Positions 37,289 through 44,977 of a stretch of DNA of 44,977 bases are shown piece by piece; position 1 is the first letter of the stretch; each line of letters starts with the position of its first letter. The stretch comes from an uncultured Clostridia bacterium (GTDB lineage: Bacteria; Bacillota; Clostridia; Christensenellales; UBA3700). The stretch covers positions 1-44,977 of the forward strand of contig CAMWIL010000004.1 in the NCBI GenBank assembly GCA_947174325.1, in the 5' to 3' direction. The translations under genes were made by a program, and so were the position numbers. Under the pieces are notes generated by a model. The model saw only the letters and a program-made list of their open reading frames with translations. It was not told the DNA's origin and did no database searches.

Positions 37289-39373
37289 TTAATCTTTTAC
37301 GGAGAAGAGTATAGCGCCGTAGGTTGGGAACGGCCAATACTTGTCGGCTGTGTTGACTTCCATTTCGTCAGCCGTCTTTCTCAATGCGTTCATTACCGGA
37401 ATGACGTCGCTGCGATAGAACATCGCTTTTTGCGCTATATCCGTTACGGCTTCCGCGTCGTGTACTTTTGCAGCCAACTTTTCAAGAGATTTAGCCGCGT
37501 CTGCGCTGAGTTTTGTCAACTTCTTTGCGGTAGCTATCTGCGCCGTCGCTTCAAAGCCGAGTTCCTTCGTCGCAAGAGCCGTCTTTGCCAATTCTTTTAC
37601 GTAAGTAGTTACGGCAGGCAAAATTTGTTTGTTTGCCATATCTATCATTGTCAAAGCTTCGATGTTGACGACTTTGGAATAATTTTCGAGCATTATGTCC
37701 GTTCTCGATTCTACTTCCAAAGCGGAGAATATACCGTGCTTTTCAAAGAGAGCGATATTTTTTGCGCTTTTGAAATACGGAAGAGCTTCGGGAGTGGATT
37801 CAAGATTGAGAAGTCCTCTCTTCTTTGCTTCTTTTACCCATTCGTCGGAATAGCCGTTGCCGTTGAAGACGATTTTTCTGTGCGCGACGAACGTCTTTTT
37901 GATGAGTTCTTTGACTGCTGACATAAAGTCGGCTGCGCCTTCGAGTTCGTTTGCAAACTGATCGAGAGATTCCGCAACTATAGTGTTGAGAATGATGTTA
38001 GGTCCGGCTATCGAGAAGGTCGAGCCCAACATTCTGAATTCAAACTTATTGCCTGTAAAAGCAAACGGGGAAGTACGGTTTCTATCCGTAGAGTCCTTCG
38101 TGAATTTGGGAAGAGAACTCGTTCCTATTTCGTATTCGCATCTTGCGCGTTTGCTGTACGTTCTGTCTTCTGCGATCGCCGTGAGAATACCGTCGAGTTC
38201 TTCGCCGAGGAACATCGATACTATCGCCGGAGGAGCTTCGTTTGCGCCCAATCTGTGGTCGTTGCCCGCGCTTGCTACGCTAAGTCTCAAAAGATCTTGA
38301 TAATCGTCTACCGCTTTTATCACTGCGGCAAGGAAAAGCAAGAATTGAGCGTTGTCCTCAGGAGTGTCGCCCGGTTCTAAAAGGTTTTCGCCTTTGTCCG
38401 TGGACATTGACCAGTTGTTGTGCTTTCCGCTTCCGTTTACGCCTTCAAAAGGTTTTTCGTGGAGAAGACATACCATACCGTGACGGCTCGCGATCTTCTT
38501 CATCATTTCCATCGTCAACTGGTTTGCGTCCGAAGCTACGTTGGATTGAGAGAATATCGGAGCAAGCTCGTGCTGAGCCGGCGCGACTTCGTTGTGTTTC
38601 GTCTTGGCGAGAATTCCCAATTTCCAAAGTTCCGTATCGAGATCCGCCATATATTTTACTACTCTTTGTTTGATCGTACCGAAGTAGTGGTCTTCGAGTT
38701 CCTGTCCCTTGGGAGCGGGCGCGCCGAAGAGCGTGCGACCGGTGTAGATAAGATCCTTTCTCTTTTCGTATACGCTTTTGTCAATGAGGAAGTATTCTTG
38801 TTCCGGTCCGACGGTCGTAATCACTCTGTCTACGTTTTTACCGAAGAGTTTGAGTATTCTGCGAGCGGTCTTGCTGAGCGCTTGCATAGATTTGAGTAGA
38901 GGAGTCTTTTTGTCAAGAACTTCGCCGGTGTACGATACGAAAGCCGTAGGTATGCACAAAGTGCCGTCCTTTATAAAAGCGTAAGACGTGGGATCCCAAG
39001 CGGTATATCCTCTTGCTTCAAAAGTCGCTCTTATTCCGCCTGATGGGAAAGACGACGCGTCAGGTTCGCCTTTGATAAGCTCTTTGCCGCTGAATTCCAT
39101 AATAACTTTGCCGTCTGCGGTAGGTTGTATAAAAGCGTCGTGCTTTTCCGCGGTGATACCCGTCATAGGTTGAAACCAGTGGGTATAGTGAGTGCAACCT
39201 TTTTCGATCGCCCAGTCTTTCATTGCGTTTGCGATCACAGTCGCGCAACTCAATGAAATAGGAGTGTCGTTGGCTATACAGGATTTCAGCTCCTTGTAAG
39301 TGTACTTTGGAAGTCTTTCCTGCATTACGGTGTCGTTGAATACGAGAGATCCGAAGATTTCTGACATTACCAT
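37289..39373 (-). CDS. glnA: Glutamine synthetase type III
   Basis: 694 aa; [58 protein letters not shown]. Confidence 0.96.
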   Translation of the reverse strand: MVMSEIFGSLVFNDTVMQERLPKYTYKELKSCIANDTPISLSCATVIANAMKDWAIEKGCTHYTHWFQPMTGITAEKHDAFIQPTADGKVIMEFSGKELIKGEPDASSFPSGGIRATFEARGYTAWDPTSYAFIKDGTLCIPTAFVSYTGEVLDKKTPLLKSMQALSKTARRILKLFGKNVDRVITTVGPEQEYFLIDKSVYEKRKDLIYTGRTLFGAPAPKGQELEDHYFGTIKQRVVKYMADLDTELWKLGILAKTKHNEVAPAQHELAPIFSQSNVASDANQLTMEMMKKIASRHGMVCLLHEKPFEGVNGSGKHNNWSMSTDKGENLLEPGDTPEDNAQFLLFLAAVIKAVDDYQDLLRLSVASAGNDHRLGANEAPPAIVSMFLGEELDGILTAIAEDRTYSKRARCEYEIGTSSLPKFTKDSTDRNRTSPFAFTGNKFEFRMLGSTFSIAGPNIILNTIVAESLDQFANELEGAADFMSAVKELIKKTFVAHRKIVFNGNGYSDEWVKEAKKRGLLNLESTPEALPYFKSAKNIALFEKHGIFSALEVESRTDIMLENYSKVVNIEALTMIDMANKQILPAVTTYVKELAKTALATKELGFEATAQIATAKKLTKLSADAAKSLEKLAAKVHDAEAVTDIAQKAMFYRSDVIPVMNALRKTADEMEVNTADKYWPFPTYGAILFSVKD

Positions 39374-39402
39374 AATATATCTCCTTAAAATTTGTTTTCG
39401 GT

Positions 39403-39450
39403 AAAAAAAATAGGCGCTAGACGGAATTTCTCCCGAATAGCGCCTTTGCT
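39403..39450 (-). promoter_or_regulatory. glnA leader: ANTAR-like hairpin overlapping an intrinsic terminator
   Basis: mRNA reads AGC-AAAGGC-GCU then aggcgcua...uagcgccu-a-U8. Confidence 0.7.
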
Positions 39451-39458
39451 ACACTAAC

Positions 39459-39487
39459 AGTATATATTCCTCAAACTCGGTTGTCAA
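39459..39487 (-). promoter_or_regulatory. glnA sigma-A promoter
   Basis: TTGACA-17 bp-TATACT on minus strand. Confidence 0.8.
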
Positions 39488-39765
39488 ATAAATTCAAACG
39501 GTTTTTTTACTTTTTTTCACTTTTCTCGACAGCTCGTATTTTTTTCCGGCTACAAAATATTACGCGCAAAAGAGGGAAAAATATTTTATCATATTATGGA
39601 CGATTTGGCAGTAAAGCGTTTAAAATTAATTTTGTAAACGTTTTTTGAATGATAATTTATATTTGTCAATAAAGCAATTTTTGTCGATTAAATCTCCCAA
39701 AATAGAACTATTTTGGCTTAAATCATAAAAAATTCAAGTATTATAAAAAATATTTTTCAAATTAT

Positions 39766-39795
39766 TTGACAAGGACGATTTGGTAGAATTATAAT
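39766..39795 (+). promoter_or_regulatory. Promoter of glutamate synthase genes
   Basis: TTGACA-18 bp-TATAAT. Confidence 0.7.
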
Positions 39796-39857
39796 GCCTA
39801 CAAGAGAGGACGGAAGTCTATCGTTTTTTAGTTTTCCGTCAAAGAAAGGAGTACGTT

Positions 39858-40952
39858 ATGCCAAAGGAAGGAGAGGTAAGAATTCCGTCGGGATGCGCGA
39901 TATCGGGCATCTTTTCAAAGAGCGGAAAACTTACGAACGGAGAGAAGATCATATCTTCGATCGCGACTATGCACGATAGATCCAACGGTCTGGGAGGCGG
40001 TTTTGCAGGGTACGGAATTTATCCGCAATACGCAGATTTTTACGCATTTCATATATTTTACGACGACAACGAGATAAGAAAGGAAGCGGAAAACTTTTTA
40101 TACAAAAACTTTTTTATCGTCAATATGTCAATGATACCTATACGCAAGACCAAAAAGATATCGGACGAACCGTTGATTTTGAGATACTTCGTCAAGCCGC
40201 TTGACGCGAGATTGCACGAGACAAATCTTGAAGAAAAGGAATTCGTGGCGAGAATGGTCATAAAGGTCAATACGACGATAAAAGGCGCGTATATCTTTTC
40301 CAGCGGCAAGAATATGGGAATTTTCAAGGCGGTCGGCTTTCCCGAAGACGTAGGAGAGTATTACAGACTCGAAGAGTACGACGCGTACTGTTGGACGGCG
40401 CACGGAAGATATCCGACGAATACTCCCGGTTGGTGGGGCGGCGCGCATCCGTTCGGTATGCTCGATTATTCGGTAGTTCACAACGGCGAAATATCTTCTT
40501 ACGACGCAAACAGACGTTATATAGAAATGTTCGGATATAAATGCACTCTTATGACGGATACGGAAGTTATCGCTTACGTGATCGACTATCTTTGCCGTCG
40601 CAAAGGTCTTAAAATGGAAGAGGCGGCTCAGGTCATCGCCGCGCCGTTTTGGACGACGATAGAGAAAAAACCTCCTGAAGAAAGAGCGCTTGCGGAGTAT
40701 TTGCGAAATACTTTTTCGAGTTTGCTTATCACAGGTCCGTTTAGCATAATGGTGGGATTTGAAAACGGTCTTATGGCGCTCAACGACAGACTCAAATTGA
40801 GAAGTATGGTCGTGGGCGAAAAGGACGATATGGTCTATATAGCAAGCGAAGAGTGCGCTATAAGAGTTATCGAACCGAATCTTGACAGGATATGGGCGCC
40901 GAGAGGCGGAGAGCCCGTAATTGTCACGTTGGATAAAAAGGAGGATAAATAG
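39858..40952 (+). CDS. Class II glutamine amidotransferase subunit of split glutamate synthase (GltB1/GlxB-like)
   Basis: SG/CAI Ntn cysteine, AHGRYPTN, AHPF, VHNGEIS, TDTE, DRLKLR. Confidence 0.9.
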   Translation: MPKEGEVRIPSGCAISGIFSKSGKLTNGEKIISSIATMHDRSNGLGGGFAGYGIYPQYADFYAFHIFYDDNEIRKEAENFLYKNFFIVNMSMIPIRKTKKISDEPLILRYFVKPLDARLHETNLEEKEFVARMVIKVNTTIKGAYIFSSGKNMGIFKAVGFPEDVGEYYRLEEYDAYCWTAHGRYPTNTPGWWGGAHPFGMLDYSVVHNGEISSYDANRRYIEMFGYKCTLMTDTEVIAYVIDYLCRRKGLKMEEAAQVIAAPFWTTIEKKPPEERALAEYLRNTFSSLLITGPFSIMVGFENGLMALNDRLKLRSMVVGEKDDMVYIASEECAIRVIEPNLDRIWAPRGGEPVIVTLDKKEDK

Positions 40953-40954
40953 TT

Positions 40955-42460
40955 ATGGCGATCAACTATATATATCCTGTTTATGAAGTAGTAAGAAACG
41001 CGTCCAGATGCGTCAACTGCAAGATATGCGAAAAACAGTGCGCCAACGGCGTGCATAAATTCGACGCGAAAAACGGCATTATGATTGCCGACGAAAGTAA
41101 GTGCGTCAACTGTCATAGATGCGTGGCTACCTGTCCTACGAGAGCGCTCAAAATCGTTAAGTCGGACAACACTTACAGAGAAAACGCCAACTGGTCGGCA
41201 GAGTCGATGAAAGAGATATACAAGCAGGCGGAAAGCGGCGGCGTGTTGCTTTCGTCAATGGGCAATCCTCAACCTTTGCCCGTATATTGGGACAAGATCG
41301 TGATAAACGCCGCGCAAGTCACAAACCCGTCCGTAGATCCGTTGAGAGAACCGATGGAAACGACGGTATTTTTGGGAAGCAAACCCGACGAGATCGTAAG
41401 GGATAAAGACGGTAAGATAGTCGATAATATGACTTCTCAACTCAAGCTTTCCACGCCGATAATGTTTTCGGCGATGAGCTACGGCTCGATAAGTTACAAC
41501 GCTCACGCAAGCTTGGCAAAAGCGGCTGAGAAGTTGGGAATTTTCTACAACACGGGCGAGGGCGGTCTGCACGAAGATTTTTACAGATACGGCAAGAATA
41601 CGATAGTGCAAGTCGCTTCGGGCAGATTCGGAGTATACAAGGATTATTTGGAAGCGGGCGCGTGTATAGAGATCAAAGTCGGTCAGGGCGCAAAGCCCGG
41701 TATCGGCGGACATTTGCCGGGTACGAAGATCGTAGGCGATATATCAAAAACGAGAATGATCCCCGTCGGCAGCGACGCAATTTCGCCCGCGCCTCATCAC
41801 GATATTTATTCTATCGAAGATCTGCGACAACTCGTCTATTCTCTCAAAGAAGCTACGGGCTATAAAAAGCCCATAGCCGTCAAAGTAGGCGCTGTGCATA
41901 ACGTGTCTGCAGTCGCGAGCGGTATTGCAAGAAGCGGCGCGGATATTATCGTAATAGACGGTTTTAGAGGCGGTACGGGAGCAACGCCCACGAGAATAAG
42001 AGACAACGTAGGTATACCTATAGAACTCGCTTTGGCAAGCGTCGATAAAAGATTGAGAGACGAGGGAATAAGAGGCAACGTGTCGTTGGTAGTAGGCGGA
42101 TCTATCCGCAACAGCGCGGACGTGATAAAAGCGATTGCGCTAGGCGCAGACGCATGTTATATTGCTACCGCCGCGCTTATGGCTATGGGCTGTCATCTTT
42201 GCAGGTCTTGTCATTTGGGTAAATGCAACTGGGGTATAGCTACGCAAGTTCCCGAACTCGTTCAAAGACTTGATCCCGAAGAAGGCTGCGACAGGCTCGT
42301 AAATCTCGTCAACGCTTGGACGCACGAGATAAAAGAAATGATGGGCGGTATGGGTATCAATTCCATCGAAGCGCTCAAAGGCAACAGGCTTATGCTTAGA
42401 GGCGTAGGCTTGAATGAGAAAGAGTTGGAGATACTTGGTATTAAACACGCAGGCGAGTGA
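40955..42460 (+). CDS. FMN-binding glutamate synthase subunit with N-terminal 2x4Fe-4S domain (GltB2-like)
   Basis: CxxCxxCxxxC twice, AMSYGSIS, NTGEGG, QVASGRFG, GQGAKPGIGGHLPG, C..CRSC..G.C. Confidence 0.93.
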   Translation: MAINYIYPVYEVVRNASRCVNCKICEKQCANGVHKFDAKNGIMIADESKCVNCHRCVATCPTRALKIVKSDNTYRENANWSAESMKEIYKQAESGGVLLSSMGNPQPLPVYWDKIVINAAQVTNPSVDPLREPMETTVFLGSKPDEIVRDKDGKIVDNMTSQLKLSTPIMFSAMSYGSISYNAHASLAKAAEKLGIFYNTGEGGLHEDFYRYGKNTIVQVASGRFGVYKDYLEAGACIEIKVGQGAKPGIGGHLPGTKIVGDISKTRMIPVGSDAISPAPHHDIYSIEDLRQLVYSLKEATGYKKPIAVKVGAVHNVSAVASGIARSGADIIVIDGFRGGTGATPTRIRDNVGIPIELALASVDKRLRDEGIRGNVSLVVGGSIRNSADVIKAIALGADACYIATAALMAMGCHLCRSCHLGKCNWGIATQVPELVQRLDPEEGCDRLVNLVNAWTHEIKEMMGGMGINSIEALKGNRLMLRGVGLNEKELEILGIKHAGE

Positions 42461-42661
42461 ACGACCGCGCAAAAGCGGCGCGCCTTTTGTCCTAACGACT
42501 AGAACGCCCTCGGGGTCACGTACGGAAAGTACGCTCACCGCTCGGTTGTTAGTGCACGGACAAAAATCACACCACTCTCCGCGCTCGCAATTATAGTTAA
42601 GAAGTAGAAGTGAAGAGTGAAGAAGTACGGATAGAGATTCCTCGACTTCGCTCGGAATGAC
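42461..42661. repeat. Composite palindromic repeat block inside glt cluster
   Basis: ttttgtcc/ggacaaaa hairpin with cgtacggaaagtacg apex, gaagtga-type heptamers, and gtcattccgagcgaagtcgaggaatctc on minus strand. Confidence 0.65.
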
Positions 42662-42726
42662 GTTAAATCGGCTTAAAAGTTTGTGGAGTGCGTTGCTATA
42701 CGCGCTCGATATTAAAGGAGTAAGCA

Positions 42727-43449
42727 ATGTTGAAAATAGATTGTAAGGATAAACACTTTTCTGAAATAGGAAAAACGATAAGAGAGAGCAAGGATAAAGA
42801 AATAGTAATAGATAATTGTCTGGGACATAGGTATATTGCTTCGGGAGTAGGCGGAAAGGATATCGTTATCAACGGTACTCCGGGCAACGCTTTGGGATCT
42901 TATCTTGACGGTTGCAAGATCGTTGTCAACGGAAGCGCGCAAGACGCGGTCGGCGACACTATGAACGACGGAATTATAATCATTCACGGCAATAGCGGAG
43001 ACGCGACGGGTTACGCAATGCGCGGAGGTAAGATTTTTATCAAAGGCGACGCAGGCTATCGAGCAGGTATTCATATGAAAGCGTACAAAGATAAATTTCC
43101 CGTGCTGGTGATAGGCGGGAAAGCGGGAAGTTTTCTCGGAGAATATCAAGCGGGCGGAATAATACTCGTGTTGGGCGTAAACACCGACAGCAAGACCAAC
43201 GTAGGTTATTTTACCGGCAACGGTATGCACGGAGGAAAGATCATTTTAAGAAGCGACGAATTGCCCGATCTGCCTCCGCAGATAATATCAAGGAAAGCAA
43301 ACGCCGAGGATTTGCAAGAAATAGAAAAATACGTGCAAGAATATTGCTCGTATTTCGGCGGAGAGCCCAAAGATATAATGGAAAAAAGCTTTTACGTCCT
43401 CACTGCCGATTCGGCAAATCCATACAAACAACTTTATACTTCGCTATAA
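42727..43449 (+). CDS. GXGXG beta-helix subunit of glutamate synthase (GltB3/GlxC-like)
   Basis: Repeated G..GD..G..M.GG motifs, FLGEYQAGG, NPYKQLY. Confidence 0.92.
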   Translation: MLKIDCKDKHFSEIGKTIRESKDKEIVIDNCLGHRYIASGVGGKDIVINGTPGNALGSYLDGCKIVVNGSAQDAVGDTMNDGIIIIHGNSGDATGYAMRGGKIFIKGDAGYRAGIHMKAYKDKFPVLVIGGKAGSFLGEYQAGGIILVLGVNTDSKTNVGYFTGNGMHGGKIILRSDELPDLPPQIISRKANAEDLQEIEKYVQEYCSYFGGEPKDIMEKSFYVLTADSANPYKQLYTSL

Positions 43450-43453
43450 AAAA

Positions 43454-43480
43454 TGCCGTCTTCGGACGGCAATTTTTTTT
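43454..43480 (+). terminator. Rho-independent terminator
   Basis: tgccgtc-ttcg-gacggca then T8. Confidence 0.9.
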
Positions 43481-43555
43481 GAATAAGTCTTTTAATGCGT
43501 AGTAAAATGTGTTACAATATCAATAATAAATCGAATAAGGATAAGAGGGAAAATT

Positions 43556-44251
43556 TTGAAATCATCTAGAAAACCGTTTATTTATATCATTTGCGTTATT
43601 ATGGTATTGTGCGTAAGCGTTTCGGCTTTTGTCGGTTGCGCTAAGGGAAGCGACGTTTATGACGTCGTCAAAAATACCAAGAAAGATAACTTTACTTTGC
43701 TCAACGAGAGCGCGAAGAAGGGACAGATAGTTTTGATAGGCGATTCGATAATAGAAATTTTTCCTACTGAAATGTTGGATATAGAAGGGAAAATCGTATA
43801 CAACAGAGGTATCAGCGGAGACCATTCCAACCGAATGTGCGAAAGACTTGACGACAACGCGCTCAATATATCGCCCTCTACCGTATTTATTTTGGTAGGC
43901 ACGAACGATTTGGCATTGGCAAGAGAACCGCAGGAGATAGTAAGTTATATCAATATGGCGGTATCTAAATGCAAGGACAGCGGAGTGGAAAACGTCGTAG
44001 TAAGTTCGCTTCTGCCGGTCAAGAAAAGCATAAATGCAAATATGGTCGGAATACGAAAGAATTCGGATATCGTCAGCGTAAACGAATATCTCAAACAGAC
44101 GTGCGAAACGCAAGGCGTGATATACGCGGACACCTATTCGAGCGTAGTAGACGAGAATGGCGAATTCGACGAAAATTACACTTACGACGGACTTCACCCA
44201 AATGCAAAGGGCTATCAAAAAATATGCGAAGTCATTGCGCCGTTGTTGTGA
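43556..44251 (+). CDS. SGNH/GDSL hydrolase lipoprotein
   Basis: Lipobox FVGC, GDSI, NRGISG, GTND, DGLH; TTG start. Confidence 0.88.
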   Translation: MKSSRKPFIYIICVIMVLCVSVSAFVGCAKGSDVYDVVKNTKKDNFTLLNESAKKGQIVLIGDSIIEIFPTEMLDIEGKIVYNRGISGDHSNRMCERLDDNALNISPSTVFILVGTNDLALAREPQEIVSYINMAVSKCKDSGVENVVVSSLLPVKKSINANMVGIRKNSDIVSVNEYLKQTCETQGVIYADTYSSVVDENGEFDENYTYDGLHPNAKGYQKICEVIAPLL

Positions 44252-44284
44252 TTTTATTCGTCTGCTTTTATATAGAGGGGAGTT

Positions 44285-44566
44285 TTATTTACTAAACACT
44301 TCTTGTCCTATCGCTAAACCAAAGGCAAAGGCTTCTTTGTACACTTCTTCGGAGTATAAAAGGTACTCGAGGTTAGAAGCCTCTTGTACCTCTTTATACA
44401 ACTCTAAAATTTGCGGGTATTTTTTCAACTGTTTTTCCAATTCAATAATTTTATCTAATGATTTTCTTTGCGCCTTTTGGTGTTTTTCACTTAGGCGAAT
44501 AGATTCAAGGTTTCCCCTTGCGCCAATAAGCATTTGCATAATTGCAGAAGATTTATAATGTTCCAT
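44285..44566 (-). CDS. Small helical protein, DUF6809-like
   Basis: C-terminal EEVYKEAFAFGLAIGQEVF pattern; SD aggagg. Confidence 0.6.
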   Translation of the reverse strand: MEHYKSSAIMQMLIGARGNLESIRLSEKHQKAQRKSLDKIIELEKQLKKYPQILELYKEVQEASNLEYLLYSEEVYKEAFAFGLAIGQEVFSK

Positions 44567-44596
44567 AGTTTTACCTCCTTTACGTTATTTTTTAGC

Positions 44597-44649
44597 ATTA
44601 TACATCAGTCTAAAACTGATAGTCAAGCGTTTTTCAGTTTGGAACTGAT
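44597..44649. promoter_or_regulatory. Divergent promoter region with two palindromic operators
   Basis: atcagtctaaaactgat (44604-44620) within minus-strand TTGACT-18-TATAAT; second copy ttcagtttggaactgat (44633-44649). Confidence 0.7.
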
Positions 44650-44687
44650 AAAATAAATATCATTAAAATTTAGGACATTATTGAATT

Positions 44688-44912
44688 ATGATAACATCAG
44701 AGCAAATTAAATTAAAATTTCAAGAGATTGTTAAAGAAGTAATTAAATTTAGCGGGCAATCGCAGGCTGAAATTGCTAGGAAAATAGGCGTAAGACCTCA
44801 AACTATGACGGATTACTTGAAAGGCAAAATAATGCCTTCGCTTGACACTTTCGCCAACTTGTGTAAAGTCTTAGATCTTGACCCTGTCGAAATACTTTGC
44901 TTAAATGACTAA
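44688..44912 (+). CDS. XRE helix-turn-helix regulator
   Basis: SQAEIARKIGVRPQTMTDY..G...PSLDTFANLCKVL. Confidence 0.88.
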   Translation: MITSEQIKLKFQEIVKEVIKFSGQSQAEIARKIGVRPQTMTDYLKGKIMPSLDTFANLCKVLDLDPVEILCLND

Positions 44913-44977
44913 ATATAAATATTTTATATAGAATTATTATTTTCAAAACTTGATATTTGGCAATTAGTGAGCTATAA

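Noticed and set aside
39796-39857. Glutamine riboswitch in the glt leader (gacggaagt)
   Set aside because: Only a 9-nt resemblance; the closing CGUUC/GAACG stem and three-way junction are not seen.
42140-42727. ORFs spanning the glt intergenic repeat block
   Set aside because: They are translations of palindromic repeats and antisense coding sequence.

Overview
AT-rich Firmicute (Clostridia-like) chromosomal window; the taxon is inferred from protein features. About 2.0-18.1 kb is the complete S10-spc-alpha ribosomal protein supercluster (rpsJ to rplQ, with secY, adk, map, infA, rpoA; rpmD and rpmJ were missed by the ORF track). It is followed by a 2311-aa surface protein with a DUF6273/C-type-lectin-like tip, Ig-like stalk, membrane helices, VPVEK repeats and a C-terminal globular domain. 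Its only clear sigma-A promoter lies between 20-bp inverted tyrosine-recombinase-like sites and points away from the gene, i.e. a candidate invertible promoter caught in the OFF phase. The rest holds a hydrolase-PPTase-ACP cluster, leuCDB, an anchored secreted protein, an RNA-polymerase alphaCTD-like/WG-repeat fusion followed by a cytidine deaminase lacking one zinc cysteine, purF, type III glnA with an ANTAR-like attenuator, split glutamate synthase genes and a GDSL lipoprotein. Three divergent XRE cassettes occur, two of them paralogous XRE-SLOG/DUF1273 pairs. Intergenic regions carry several families of structured dispersed repeats. No rRNA, tRNA, CRISPR array, transposase, recombinase or reverse transcriptase was recognised.
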